The notes beneath the pieces were generated by a model. It had not been told where the DNA came from, did no database searches, and was given only the letters and a program-made list of their open reading frames with translations. Shown piece after piece: positions 9,667 to 19,448 of a DNA stretch of 64,000 nucleotides (position 1 is its first letter; every line of letters starts with the position of its first letter). Where the stretch lies: assembly GCA_965248355.1 (NCBI GenBank), contig OZ252098.1, forward strand, positions 2,528,001 to 2,592,000. The letters are read 5' to 3'. Origin of the DNA: Candidatus Latescibacterota bacterium (GTDB lineage: Bacteria > Latescibacterota > UBA2968 > UBA8231). A program made the position numbers and the translations under genes.

Positions 9667-11400
9667 TCAGGCGGAGTGGATGTCGACCAGCGGCAAATCG
9701 TCCACCGACTCGGGGGCGGTGACCAGGTCGGGCAGGTCCCCGGGCACCAGGCGCCGCCGCGGCGAACGACTCCAGCGGCCGCGCACATGGCCCAGGGCGT
9801 CGGTGACCGTATCGGCGGAGAACAGCACCTCGTCCACGTCGTACTCCCGCACCAGGCCGCCCAGTTCCGCCATCACGCCCAGGACCGGGACGCCGGACAG
9901 GACGCGCCCCCGCTCCCCGCTGTCCCCGGCGTAGCCGACGATCTGGCAGTCGAGCCCGCCCCGGTCCTGGACGAGCTCCACGAACTGCCGGAGGGTGGCG
10001 TCGGTGCCGGCTATCAGCAGACGCCGCCGCCCGAGCCGCCGCCCGGAGGTGGAGCGGGTCAGCCAGCGGGCCCCGAGCCGCCAGCCGGCGACCAGCACCG
10101 TGCTGCAGGCCCAGGCGGCTCCGGCCGCCAGCCGGGAGAAGCTGTAGTCCTTGAAGAAGAACGCGGTGGTCACGATGGCGGCGAATCCGAGGGTTACCGC
10201 AAGGGCCGCCCTTCCCGGCGAGTAGCGGCGGCGGTCGTAGAGCCCGAGAGCGAAGAAGCAGGTCGACCAGATCGCCACCGGCACGAGGTAGACGAGCAGC
10301 CACTGGGCGTCGGTGTAAAGGGGCGGCGCCACCCACCGCGTCGGGGTCACGTCGAGGCCGAGGCCCCGGCAGATGCGCTCCAGGGCGGCGATCAACGGCA
10401 GGAGGTCGGCGTGATAGCGCACCAGCAGGGCCAGGCGCACGGCGAGGAGGAAGAGCAGCCCGTCGAGGACCGGGAGAGCGAGGTTGCGCGCCAGGGGTCC
10501 GAGGAAGGAGTAGAGTCCGTAGGCGAGGATGCCGGCGCGCAGTATCCAAACGGGGAAGAACCGGTAGCGGTCCCGCATGTGCTTGCGCACGAAGATCGAC
10601 ATGGCCGCGTTCTTGCGGACCTGGATGCGCATCGACTCGGCGCGGCCGCTCGCTCCCCCGAAGTGGATGATCTGGGTCGCCGGCACGTAGTAGATCTTCC
10701 ACCCCGCCTCGCGCATGCGGTAGCACCAGTCCAGGTCCTCCCCGTACATGAAGTAGTCCTCGTCGAACCCCCCCACCTCCTCCAGGACGCGGCGGCGCAC
10801 GATCATGCACGAGCCCGACAGGGCGTCCACCTCGTTGGTCTCCTCGGGGTCCAGGTAGGTGAGATTGTAGCGCCCGAAGCGGCGGCTCCGGGGGAACAGC
10901 CGGCTGAGGCCGGAGAGCTTGTAGAACGCCGCCGAGGGGGTCGGGAACCCGCGCCGGCAGTCGAGCTGCAGGCTGCCGTCGGGGTTGAGGATCCTGCATC
11001 CGGCGGCGCCGGCCTCGGGGTGGGCGTCCATGAACTCCACGAGGGTCCGGAGGGTGTCGGCGCGCACGATGGTGTCCGAGTTGAGGAGCAGGACGTGGCG
11101 CCCCCGCACGCGGTGGAAGGCGATGTTGTTGGCGCCGCCGAACCCGAGATTCCGGTCGTTGCGGATCAGCTCCACGTGGGGGAACCCGGCCTCCACCATC
11201 TTCGGGCTGCCGTCCCGGGAGGCGTTGTCGACGACGATCACCTGCACCTGCAGGCCCTCGGAGGCCTCGTCCACCGTGCGCAGGGCCTGCTCCATCAGCT
11301 CCCGGGTGTTGTAGCTGGGGATGACGACGCTGAGATCCACCTCGGCGGCGGAGTCGCCGGGCGCGGCACCCGGGTCGCGGGTCGGTCCGCCGGCCGTCAT
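9667..11400 (-). CDS. GT2 glycosyltransferase (WbbL-like) fused to membrane and Rossmann-like domains
   Basis: ATG at 11400; VVDNASRDGS, NLGFGGANN, LLNSD, FMYGEDLDWC; C-terminal TM helices and LLIAG...IVGY. Confidence 0.85.
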   Translation of the reverse strand: MTAGGPTRDPGAAPGDSAAEVDLSVVIPSYNTRELMEQALRTVDEASEGLQVQVIVVDNASRDGSPKMVEAGFPHVELIRNDRNLGFGGANNIAFHRVRGRHVLLLNSDTIVRADTLRTLVEFMDAHPEAGAAGCRILNPDGSLQLDCRRGFPTPSAAFYKLSGLSRLFPRSRRFGRYNLTYLDPEETNEVDALSGSCMIVRRRVLEEVGGFDEDYFMYGEDLDWCYRMREAGWKIYYVPATQIIHFGGASGRAESMRIQVRKNAAMSIFVRKHMRDRYRFFPVWILRAGILAYGLYSFLGPLARNLALPVLDGLLFLLAVRLALLVRYHADLLPLIAALERICRGLGLDVTPTRWVAPPLYTDAQWLLVYLVPVAIWSTCFFALGLYDRRRYSPGRAALAVTLGFAAIVTTAFFFKDYSFSRLAAGAAWACSTVLVAGWRLGARWLTRSTSGRRLGRRRLLIAGTDATLRQFVELVQDRGGLDCQIVGYAGDSGERGRVLSGVPVLGVMAELGGLVREYDVDEVLFSADTVTDALGHVRGRWSRSPRRRLVPGDLPDLVTAPESVDDLPLVDIHSA

Positions 11401-12116
11401 CCGGAGCCGCCGCGGCGTCCGCCCAGGCGCCGGCCCCCGAAGACCAGGACCTGCCTGGCGAACAGCAGGTACTCGCGCCAGTCGAGCTTGCTGGCGCTGA
11501 ACTGACGGTTGCGGAAGACGAAGGGGATGGAGCGGTGGGAGCGGTAGCGGCCCTTCACCAGGATCTCGAAGAGGATCTTGTAGCCGCCGGAAGTCAGGCG
11601 CAGGTCTCCCACCACCTCGCGGCGCAGGCAGAAGTACCCCGAGAGGGGATCCTCGGCGCCGGTGATGAGCCGCGCCAGGCCGACGCCGAGGAAGGAGAGC
11701 ATCTTGCGGTGGAAGGCCCACTTCATGACGCGGCTGGTCACGCCGAAGCGGCTGCCGATCATCAGGTCGTGATCGCGCAGGCCGCGCACGAGTTCGGTGA
11801 GGATGGCCGGATCGTGGCTCAGGTCGGCGTCGATGACCCCGAGGCAGGGCCGCTCGGAATGGCGCCATCCCTCCATCACCGCCGACCCGAGGCCGAGCTT
11901 GCCCGGGCGGTGCACGACCTGCACCGGGAATCTCTCCTTCAGGCCCTCGGCGACCTGCCCCGTGCCGTCGGGCGAGTTGTCGTCGACGATGATCAGCTCC
12001 AGGTCGATGTCCTCGCAGCCGGCGAGAAAACCGAAGATCTCCTCGGCCAGCAGGACCACGTTCTGGCGCTCGTTGTAGGTCGGAGCCACGAGCGAGATGG
12101 AGAGCCGGTCACTCAC
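11397..12116 (-). CDS. Polyprenol-phosphate mannose synthase-like GT2
   Basis: PTYNERQN, IVDDNSPDGT, DADLSHDP, GSRF, DPLSGYF. Confidence 0.88.
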   Translation of the reverse strand: MSDRLSISLVAPTYNERQNVVLLAEEIFGFLAGCEDIDLELIIVDDNSPDGTGQVAEGLKERFPVQVVHRPGKLGLGSAVMEGWRHSERPCLGVIDADLSHDPAILTELVRGLRDHDLMIGSRFGVTSRVMKWAFHRKMLSFLGVGLARLITGAEDPLSGYFCLRREVVGDLRLTSGGYKILFEILVKGRYRSHRSIPFVFRNRQFSASKLDWREYLLFARQVLVFGGRRLGGRRGGSG

Positions 12117-13023
12117 GTCCGAGATCTCCGAAGTCGAGGCGGAAGTCCTCCTCGCGGGCCATGCGCGCCAGTCCGCACTCCAGGTCGGCCGGGGCCCAGC
12201 CCAGCTCGGCCTCGAGCCGGTCGGTGCGCAGACCGGAGCGCCGCGGCCGCGCCGCGGCCTGCCCGGCCTCGGCGGTGGTCACCGCCTCCAGCCTTCCGCC
12301 GTCCAGATGGAAGAAGGCCGCCAGCCTCTGCACCAATTCCTCCCGAGTCAGGAACGAGGCGCCCCCCACGTGGTACCGCCCGGTGGCGGCCCGGCGGCAC
12401 AACTCCACCAGGGCCCGGGCCAGGTCGGCCACCGGCGTCGGGTTGCCCCACTGGTCGCCGGCCACGCGCACCGGCTCGCCGCGGGCCAGGGCCGCCAGCG
12501 GCCAGGTGACCAGGTTCGGCCGCGCCCCCCGGCGGTGGCCGTAGAGCCACAGCGTGCGCACCACCAGACCGGCGCTCTTCCCTTCGAGGACCAGGGCCTC
12601 GCTCTCCAGCTTCATGCGGCCGTACTGCGACAGGGGGTTGGTCTCGTCCTCTTCGGAGTAGGGCCCCGCGGCGCCGTCGAAGACGTAGTCCGTCGACAGC
12701 TGCACCACACCGGAGCCCGAGTCGGCGCAGGCGGAAACCAGGTTCGCCACGGCGTCGACGTTGATCCGCCGCGCCGGCGCCGGGTCGGTCTCGCACAGAT
12801 CGACGTTCGTCTGCGCCGCCGTGTGGATGACCCGGTCGGGCCGTTGCCGGGAGATCAGCTCGCGGACGGCGTCGGCCCGGGTCAGGTCGACCACCTGGCA
12901 CTCGATGCCGCCCACGGGACCGGGACGCCGGCCGCAGCCCGCGAGTTCCACGTCGGCGCCCCAGTCGGTCTCGAGCAGGGTGCGCCCCAGCAACCCGTGG
13001 GCGCCGGTGACCAGCAGCTTCAT
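12109..13023 (-). CDS. rfbD: dTDP-4-dehydrorhamnose reductase
   Basis: GAHGLLG, STDYVFDG, YGRMKLESE, DQWGNPT. Confidence 0.9.
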   Translation of the reverse strand: MKLLVTGAHGLLGRTLLETDWGADVELAGCGRRPGPVGGIECQVVDLTRADAVRELISRQRPDRVIHTAAQTNVDLCETDPAPARRINVDAVANLVSACADSGSGVVQLSTDYVFDGAAGPYSEEDETNPLSQYGRMKLESEALVLEGKSAGLVVRTLWLYGHRRGARPNLVTWPLAALARGEPVRVAGDQWGNPTPVADLARALVELCRRAATGRYHVGGASFLTREELVQRLAAFFHLDGGRLEAVTTAEAGQAAARPRRSGLRTDRLEAELGWAPADLECGLARMAREEDFRLDFGDLGRE

Positions 13024-14552
13024 CGCGGACCCGCTTCATCCTCGAGGGCCAGCAGGAGGGCGGCCATCGACGCCTGGCCCCGTCCCGGGGGGCGCGGATA
13101 GCGCCGCCCGGACAGGATCCTGCGGGCGCGGTCGACCTCGCCGGCGGCCAGCAGGGCTTCGACGGCCAGCGCCTGTCCAGCCGGGCGCCGGCCGTCGTCG
13201 TCGAGGGCGTACCGCCTCGGCCAGGCCTTCGGTTCGGCCGGGTCGGGGGCGTCGGCGTAGGCGCCGGCGGTCTCGTCCCACAGGTGGCGGTCCGCCCACC
13301 CCCGGGCCCCGCGGGCGGCCTCGGCAAAGTCGGCCCGGCCGCTGTGACGGGCCAGCTCGTCGAAGACCAGGGAGGCCAGCATCTGGTCGCTCAGCAGACC
13401 CGCGGCGGCCTCCGCGCTGTCGCCCTGCCGCACCCGGCCGCCTTCGTCGACGCACTCCCGCAGCAGGTAACCGCCGGCCGATTGCGCCATCTCCCGGGCG
13501 GCGGCCTCCCGGCCCAGGGCGGCCCCCGTGTGCAGGAAGGCGCGGATCAACAGCAGGTTGTCCTGGGTGAAGACCGTCGGATCCGACCACCACCGGCCGT
13601 CGGCGGCGCGCAGCCGGCGGGTCCAGAAGACGCCGCGCGCCTCGTCGTACCAATCCCGGGCCAGATTCTCGAGCAAGTCCGCCGCCGCCTCTTCGTGAGC
13701 CGGGACGCCGCCGGCTGCCAGCACCTTCAGCAGACCGGCCTGCACGGCGCCGCTCATCTCCGCCCGGGGGGTGGCCCAGTCGGGCGTGTGGGAATAGCTC
13801 AGGACCCCCCTCGAGGTCCACAAGGGGCTGGCGAGCAGCGCATCGAGGGTGTGCCGCGCCATCCGCCGGGCCTCGGGGTCGGCCCGGCGCCCGCCGAAGT
13901 TCTGGAGGAAGGCGATCACCTGCGGCTCCGGGAACTTGTGGGGTCCGCCGAACCCGCCGAACCGCCCGTCGTAGTCGGAGGCCACGGCCCGATAGACGCC
14001 GTCCACCGAGAGCCGGTGGCGGCGGGCGGGGGCGGCCGGTGACTCCGCCCAGAGCCGGCCGGGATCCTTGCGCTGGTGGTGGTGGACGCGGGTCAGCAGC
14101 CGGGTCACGTTGTCCGCGGGAATGTCGGTGGCGCGCACGGCCTCCCTCCCGGTGGAATCCAGAACGCTGATCGACGGACATCCCGCCGGCGCGTAGCGGC
14201 GCGCCACGTGAGGGCGTTTCTCGGGATCGACGCGGACCGGCAGAAAACGCGTCTCCGCGTTCCAGGCGGCCACCCCCTCGTCACCGGCGAACAGGCCCGC
14301 GCAACCCGGGCCTGAGACGTAGAGCAACACCGGCAGGCCCCGGCGGCGGGCGTCGTCGAAGGCCGCCGGGCCCCAGGACTGCCAGGCCACGGCCGAGTCG
14401 GGATCGGGCCAGGTCAGCCCCACCTCCGCAACACCGGCCGGTGAATCGCCCGAAGGCCCGGGTTCCGGGTCGGGGGCGCAGGCTCCTGAGAGCAGGATCA
14501 TGGGGAAGAGGGCCGCCACCGGCCATCGACAGGGGGCGCGAAGTCGCCGCAT
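13020..14552 (-). CDS. DUF255/YyaL-like thioredoxin-domain protein, possible lipoprotein
   Basis: VAWQSWGPAAF, VRVDPEKRPHV, YDGRFGGFGGPHKFP; lipobox-like LSGAC. Confidence 0.75.
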   Translation of the reverse strand: MRRLRAPCRWPVAALFPMILLSGACAPDPEPGPSGDSPAGVAEVGLTWPDPDSAVAWQSWGPAAFDDARRRGLPVLLYVSGPGCAGLFAGDEGVAAWNAETRFLPVRVDPEKRPHVARRYAPAGCPSISVLDSTGREAVRATDIPADNVTRLLTRVHHHQRKDPGRLWAESPAAPARRHRLSVDGVYRAVASDYDGRFGGFGGPHKFPEPQVIAFLQNFGGRRADPEARRMARHTLDALLASPLWTSRGVLSYSHTPDWATPRAEMSGAVQAGLLKVLAAGGVPAHEEAAADLLENLARDWYDEARGVFWTRRLRAADGRWWSDPTVFTQDNLLLIRAFLHTGAALGREAAAREMAQSAGGYLLRECVDEGGRVRQGDSAEAAAGLLSDQMLASLVFDELARHSGRADFAEAARGARGWADRHLWDETAGAYADAPDPAEPKAWPRRYALDDDGRRPAGQALAVEALLAAGEVDRARRILSGRRYPRPPGRGQASMAALLLALEDEAGPR

Positions 14553-14767
14553 GGGGGCGGGGAAGGGTAGCCTCCCGTGTCCCGAAGCGTCAAATGGTTG
14601 CGGCCGGGTCGAAATCAGAGGCGAGGATTCCGTAGATCGCCATGAGCTGCTGCAACCCTCCGGATCGGCGCCGGACGGAAGGCCGGCCGATCAGATTTGC
14701 CAGTTGGACACATAGGACCTGCTCTTCAGCCGCTCGGCCAGCTCCACCAGCACCGCCAGAGACCTGG

Positions 14768-16222
14768 TCAATCTCGCCGTCGTCGCGTCGTCCAACTCGC
14801 CCCCTTCGGACCAGTTGGCGTTGTGGGCATGGACGTGATAGGGGCTGATGACCGGGGGCACGCTTCGGGCTTCGCCGCAGCGGGATCGTGCCCGACATTC
14901 CCGAAGTTTCTGAGTGCCAGGTGATATCCGACATTTCGAAGGATGTTCCACCAGAGTCCCGTCCTCGAACGCCGCATCCGCTCGGCTATCGAACCGACCG
15001 AATAGAATTCTCGAGCCGCCCATTCCGTCCCCATCAGCAGTTCCTCCGGGGACATTCGGGCGGGCTCGAAGACAACGTGCTTCTTCCCGTCGTACTTCGA
15101 CCAGTCCCTGGTGAGTATGCGCCCCTCCGCATCCAGCCGCTTGAACAACGCCGTATTCGGGAAGGGCACCAGGATCCCGATGGTCGCCGAATCGATGGCT
15201 ATCTCACGGAAGTACTCAACCGTGTCACGGAAAATGGAGCGCTCATCGTTGTCGAAGCCGAAGACCGTACCGGCCTGTATCGCAATTCCGTGGGCATGAA
15301 GGCGACGGACTGCTTCATGATACCGAGAGACATCGTTGTGCTTCTTGTTCGCACCGTCCAGGCTGGCCTGCGAGACGGACTCCAGGCCGATGAAGAGCGC
15401 CTTGCAGCCACTCCTGGCCGCAAGGTGCAGGAACTCGTCATCAAAGGCCGCATCCAAGGTCGCCTGGCTGGTCCACCACCGGCCCAGGGGAGCTATGGCC
15501 TCGAACAGCTCCTTGGCATATCTGCGATTCGCGTTGATGTTGTCATCCCAGAACACCAGCGCCTTGCCCGGCATCCCTCTGACTTCATCCGCTACCTCCT
15601 GCACTGGCCGGTATCGCATGCGGCGCTTGTACATGGCCGGGATCGAGCAGTAGTCACAATCGTATGGGCATCCCCTGGTGGCGATGGTGACTCCCTTTCC
15701 ATATACACGGCCCTTGATCAAGTCCCAACGCGGCGCCGGCATACCCTCCAGGTCCGGGAGGGACTCGCTGCGATAGACCGGCGCGAGCCGTCCTCTCTCA
15801 ACATCCCGCAGCAACCGCAGCCAAACCAGCTCTCCCTCCCCTACGACGACCGCATCCGCATGCTCGCCGACCTCCTCGGGCATGAGGGTTGCGTGCGGCC
15901 CCCCGATGACCACCGGGATCCCCAGCCCCCGATATCGTTCGGCCAGCCTGTAGGCATGGGGCGCCGCGGCGGTGTTGGCGGTGATGCCCACCAAGGAGAA
16001 GGGCCGGTCGAACCGAACCTTCTGGACGATTTCGTCGGTGTGCGTAACCCGCCAATTCTCGGGAGTGTACGCCGCAATGAGCGGCATCGTCAGCTGAGGG
16101 AAGCGAATGATCCGGCGGTAGCGGACAAACCGCGACGCTTCGGATTCCGCCGTGATCAGCTCAACCCAATGGGTACAGGTCTCCCGGCCCACTCCTGTAC
16201 TCCCAAGCAAGGGTGTCTTCAT
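14768..16222 (-). CDS. B12-binding radical SAM protein; 3' end possibly replaced by a deletion junction
   Basis: VVIGGPHATLMP, VVVGEGE, TRGCPYDCDYC (CxxxCxxC), LFIGLES. Confidence 0.88.
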   Translation of the reverse strand: MKTPLLGSTGVGRETCTHWVELITAESEASRFVRYRRIIRFPQLTMPLIAAYTPENWRVTHTDEIVQKVRFDRPFSLVGITANTAAAPHAYRLAERYRGLGIPVVIGGPHATLMPEEVGEHADAVVVGEGELVWLRLLRDVERGRLAPVYRSESLPDLEGMPAPRWDLIKGRVYGKGVTIATRGCPYDCDYCSIPAMYKRRMRYRPVQEVADEVRGMPGKALVFWDDNINANRRYAKELFEAIAPLGRWWTSQATLDAAFDDEFLHLAARSGCKALFIGLESVSQASLDGANKKHNDVSRYHEAVRRLHAHGIAIQAGTVFGFDNDERSIFRDTVEYFREIAIDSATIGILVPFPNTALFKRLDAEGRILTRDWSKYDGKKHVVFEPARMSPEELLMGTEWAAREFYSVGSIAERMRRSRTGLWWNILRNVGYHLALRNFGNVGHDPAAAKPEACPRSSAPITSMPTTPTGPKGASWTTRRRRD

Positions 16223-16276
16223 CCGGCTCCTGGAGCACTCTCAACTGCCCTGGATCAGACCAGCCAGCCGATCATC

Positions 16277-16834
16277 CTACTTGCCCCCCTGACTGCCGAG
16301 GTACTCACCTAGCTTCGCGATCGCGACGATATCCACATCCCGGCGCGGTGCACCGGCCGGATGCTTGTGGAAGTTCAGTTTCTCGTCCAGCTGAGCTTCC
16401 GCGCTGACGATCGGGCAGACCACATCACCCAGTTGGCCTTCCGGTGCGGAGAGAGCGCCCTGCGGGTACGGCCAATCCGTCCACCGGCCGGAGGTAACGA
16501 CATCACCCGATGAGGTTTTCTCCAGAAGCCCGAAACTGACATACTGAGCGTGCTTGCGGAAGCCAATGTGCTCTTCGGGATGCCGGACCACCTTGCGTGT
16601 ATACCCCAGATCCCCGAGACAGACACTCACCGCGGCGGCATCTCTCTTCCAAATAGACCAGTCTACGTCGCTGTGGACCCGCAAGGCTTCCCCCAGCAGA
16701 AAGTCCAGAGCCCAACCCCCACCCAACCAGTGCGGGATGGATCCAGCTGCCAATTCCTGGTGAATCTCTCTGATGAGCCCAAGCTGAATCGGGTTCGGAT
16801 GATCCAGGCACCCCCGGATTTCAGTCGCAGCCAT
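16277..16834 (-). CDS. Nucleotidyltransferase, ANT(2'')/Lnu-like
   Basis: WLGGGWALD...RVHSDVD motif. Confidence 0.8.
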   Translation of the reverse strand: MAATEIRGCLDHPNPIQLGLIREIHQELAAGSIPHWLGGGWALDFLLGEALRVHSDVDWSIWKRDAAAVSVCLGDLGYTRKVVRHPEEHIGFRKHAQYVSFGLLEKTSSGDVVTSGRWTDWPYPQGALSAPEGQLGDVVCPIVSAEAQLDEKLNFHKHPAGAPRRDVDIVAIAKLGEYLGSQGGK

Positions 16835-17262
16835 GGGGTCTTACTCGCGTAGTACCAACCTCGAGGAAGGACTCCACCTCTCCCTTGAGCAGGTCGGCCT
16901 CCTCCTGGGTCTCCCTTCCCTGATAGGAAGCAAGTGCCGCCTCGATGAGGGCTCTCCATTCAGGGAATCGATCCCGACCCCATTCACCGCTGAAAGACTT
17001 GGACACTGCGGCGTTCCGCTTCTCCACCGTGTACATGATTCGGCACATGTTCAAGACACAGTAGTCCGGGTATTGAAGGTTATCTCTGATGTCTCGCACT
17101 TCAGGCCGCAACTGGTCCTTTGGCGGGCATGATCTTTCGAAGCGTTCCGACAGATCGATCTGCAATTGGAGAATGCAGCCTCGTGCCAAGCATCTGGGCC
17201 AACTCGTGAACGAAGGCATGGCAGACATCTCTTGCGGGCGAAGGTAGTTCCGCGTAGTTCAT
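16821..17262 (-). pseudogene. AadA-like/DUF4111 nucleotidyltransferase with internal deletion and frameshift
   Basis: N-terminus MNYAELPSPARDVCHAFVHELAQMLGTRL in one frame, C-terminal YCVLNMCRIMYT...SK...PEWRALIEAAL in another; catalytic core missing. Confidence 0.6.
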
Positions 17263-17297
17263 ACGGCACTCATGAAGGTCCCCTGCCCATCCCGCAG

Positions 17298-18723
17298 TGG
17301 CATTGTCCCGATCTTAGTTGAAATAACACAGGCTCCCATCGTTACGTTTGATACGAGAAATCGCCAAGAAGCCTCGTATTCGGTAACCCAAGGAGCCTGC
17401 CATGAGCAAGCTACAAGCACGGAAAAGGGGCGTCAAACGGACCGTGACCATCGGCCCCGTGAACCGCCAAGCCACCGCGTCGATGGACGATCTGGAGACT
17501 CGCATCGAGGTCATCCAGCTGCTGATCCCTTTGGGTCTGCAGGCGGTCTCGGAGGAGCTGCAGCAGTCGGTCGAGGCCTTGGCCGGACCTCGGTATCAGC
17601 GCAAGGGTCCGGATCAGCCGTTGCGCCGCTGGGGGGCGCAGGCCGGGTCGGTGTACCTGGGCGATCAGAAACTGCCGGTCGAGGTGCCGCGCGTGCGCGA
17701 TGTGGTCCGCGGCACCGAGGTCCCGCTGGAGGCCTATCAGGCCCTGCAGACGCCGAGGCAGATGGACCAGGGGCTGTTGTTGCGGGTGCTGAAGGGCCTG
17801 GCCACGCGCAACTACGAGGCCTGCGCCGAGACCGTCCCGCAAGCCTTCGGTCTGTCCCGTTCCTCGGTCTCTCGCCGGTATGTGAAAGGCACGGCGCGCA
17901 AGCTGGCCGAATTCCAGCAGCGATCCCTGGAAGGCTACGACCTGGTGGCGCTGTTTCTGGACGGCAAGAGCTTTGCCGACGAGGAAATCCTCATCGCCCT
18001 GGGCGTCACTGTGGAAGGACACAAGATCCCTCTGGGTTTCGTGCAGGCGGCGACCGAGAACGAGCGCGTCTGTCGTCGCTTCCTGGCGGAGTTGGTCGAG
18101 CGGGGCCTGCAATACGAGGCCGGGCTGCTCGTGGTGATCGATGGAGGCAAGGGCCTGTACAAGGCAGTGCGGTCGGTGCTCCAGGGCCATGCCTGCGTGC
18201 AGCGATGCCAGTATCACAAGCGCCAGAACGTGGTCTCGTACCTGCCCAAGAGCGAGCAGGGCGGCGTTCGTCGAAAGCTGGAAGCGGCGTATGGGCACTC
18301 GACGTACGAGGAGGCCCAAGCCGCCCTGGAGGCGCTGAAACCGGGGTTGCAGTTGATGAACCAGTCGGCCCTGCGCAGCTTGGAGGAAGGCCAGCAAGAA
18401 ACCCTCACGCTCCACCGCCTGGGCCTGATGCCGATGCTGAAGGCCTCCTTCCGTACCACCAACTGTATCGAGAACGTCAACAGTCTCCTGGAGCAGTTGA
18501 CGCACAACGTGCGGCGCTGGACGAACTCGTCGCAGCGTCACCGCTGGGTCGCCACGGCGTTGCTCGACATCGAACCTCGCCTGCGCCGGATCAACGGTTA
18601 CCACCACCTGCCGATGCTCCGACAAGCGCTCCAAGCCGAACTCGGCCTCAAACAGCTCGCGATGACGGGCTGACTCATCCACTCGAGCCTGGGCTACGTT
18701 TCAACTGAAAATGGGACTTGCCC
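17298..18723 (+). mobile_element. IS256-family insertion sequence, copy 1 (1426 bp)
   Basis: Imperfect terminal IRs TGGCATTGTCCCGATCTTAGTTGAAA / GGGCAAGTCCCATTTTCAGTTGAAA; 8-bp direct repeat TCCCGCAG at 17290-17297 and 18724-18731. Confidence 0.92.
17402..18673 (+). CDS. IS256-family transposase
   Basis: LFLDG, VIDGGKGL, QRCQYHK, RTTNCIE. Confidence 0.95.
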   Translation: MSKLQARKRGVKRTVTIGPVNRQATASMDDLETRIEVIQLLIPLGLQAVSEELQQSVEALAGPRYQRKGPDQPLRRWGAQAGSVYLGDQKLPVEVPRVRDVVRGTEVPLEAYQALQTPRQMDQGLLLRVLKGLATRNYEACAETVPQAFGLSRSSVSRRYVKGTARKLAEFQQRSLEGYDLVALFLDGKSFADEEILIALGVTVEGHKIPLGFVQAATENERVCRRFLAELVERGLQYEAGLLVVIDGGKGLYKAVRSVLQGHACVQRCQYHKRQNVVSYLPKSEQGGVRRKLEAAYGHSTYEEAQAALEALKPGLQLMNQSALRSLEEGQQETLTLHRLGLMPMLKASFRTTNCIENVNSLLEQLTHNVRRWTNSSQRHRWVATALLDIEPRLRRINGYHHLPMLRQALQAELGLKQLAMTG

Positions 18724-18872
18724 TCCCGCAGAGTAACCTATGTATCCGTATGGACAGTTGCACAATTCTTGCACCGGCTGTAGCAGACTGAGCTTCCTTC
18801 GGGCTATCTTCCGACCTGGCGGCCGAGCCACTGCTGCCTCGCTCACCAAGAGGTGATTCCGTAGAGGGAACC

Positions 18873-19448
18873 ATGCAGACGGTGAGGACACCCTGTCGAC
18901 CCGGCCCGCCGGCCCTTCGCTCCCAGGCCCTGGCCGCCGCGGCGGCGATCGCCGCCCTTCTCGCAATACCGGCCTGCGACCGCGGCCTCGAGGCCGAGCC
19001 GCCCCTCACCGGCATCTCCGGCACCGTGACCTTCCTCGGGGAGTGGTCTGAGGAGATCGGCCAGGTGGCGGTCGCCGTGTACCGCGACCTGCCCGAGGAG
19101 CCCACCGACCTCTTCGGTCTCAGCGGCTCCGATCTGGACGTCCCCCTCGGCAGCCGCAGCTACGACTATTTCGTGCCCATCGAGCGGGAAGGCGTGTACC
19201 GCTGGATCATCGTCGCCTGGCGCCGGCCGGACGCCTTCTGGGACTTCACCTCTCTCCTCGGTTGCTATCACGTCGAGGGGGACTCGCTTCCCGGGGCGGT
19301 CGAGGTCTCTCCCGGCCGCGTCACCAGCGGCATCGATCTGACCATCGACCTCGGGGTAGTCGCCGACCCCCCCGAGGTAGGTTCCACTCTCTGTACCGCG
19401 GTGCTGCCCGAAGCCCTGATCGAGGCGGCCCGGGGAGAATCCCCGTGA
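18873..19448 (+). CDS. Putative lipoprotein partner of the downstream TonB-dependent receptor
   Basis: Hydrophobic leader ending IPAC; stop overlaps receptor start. Confidence 0.65.
   Translation: MQTVRTPCRPGPPALRSQALAAAAAIAALLAIPACDRGLEAEPPLTGISGTVTFLGEWSEEIGQVAVAVYRDLPEEPTDLFGLSGSDLDVPLGSRSYDYFVPIEREGVYRWIIVAWRRPDAFWDFTSLLGCYHVEGDSLPGAVEVSPGRVTSGIDLTIDLGVVADPPEVGSTLCTAVLPEALIEAARGESP

Noticed and set aside
17262..18800. IS256 copy 1 interrupting the DUF4111 gene
   Set aside because: A plausible N-terminus (MNYAELP, ATG 17262) lies on the same side as the C-terminus, so the IS is upstream of the gene and the damage is an internal deletion.
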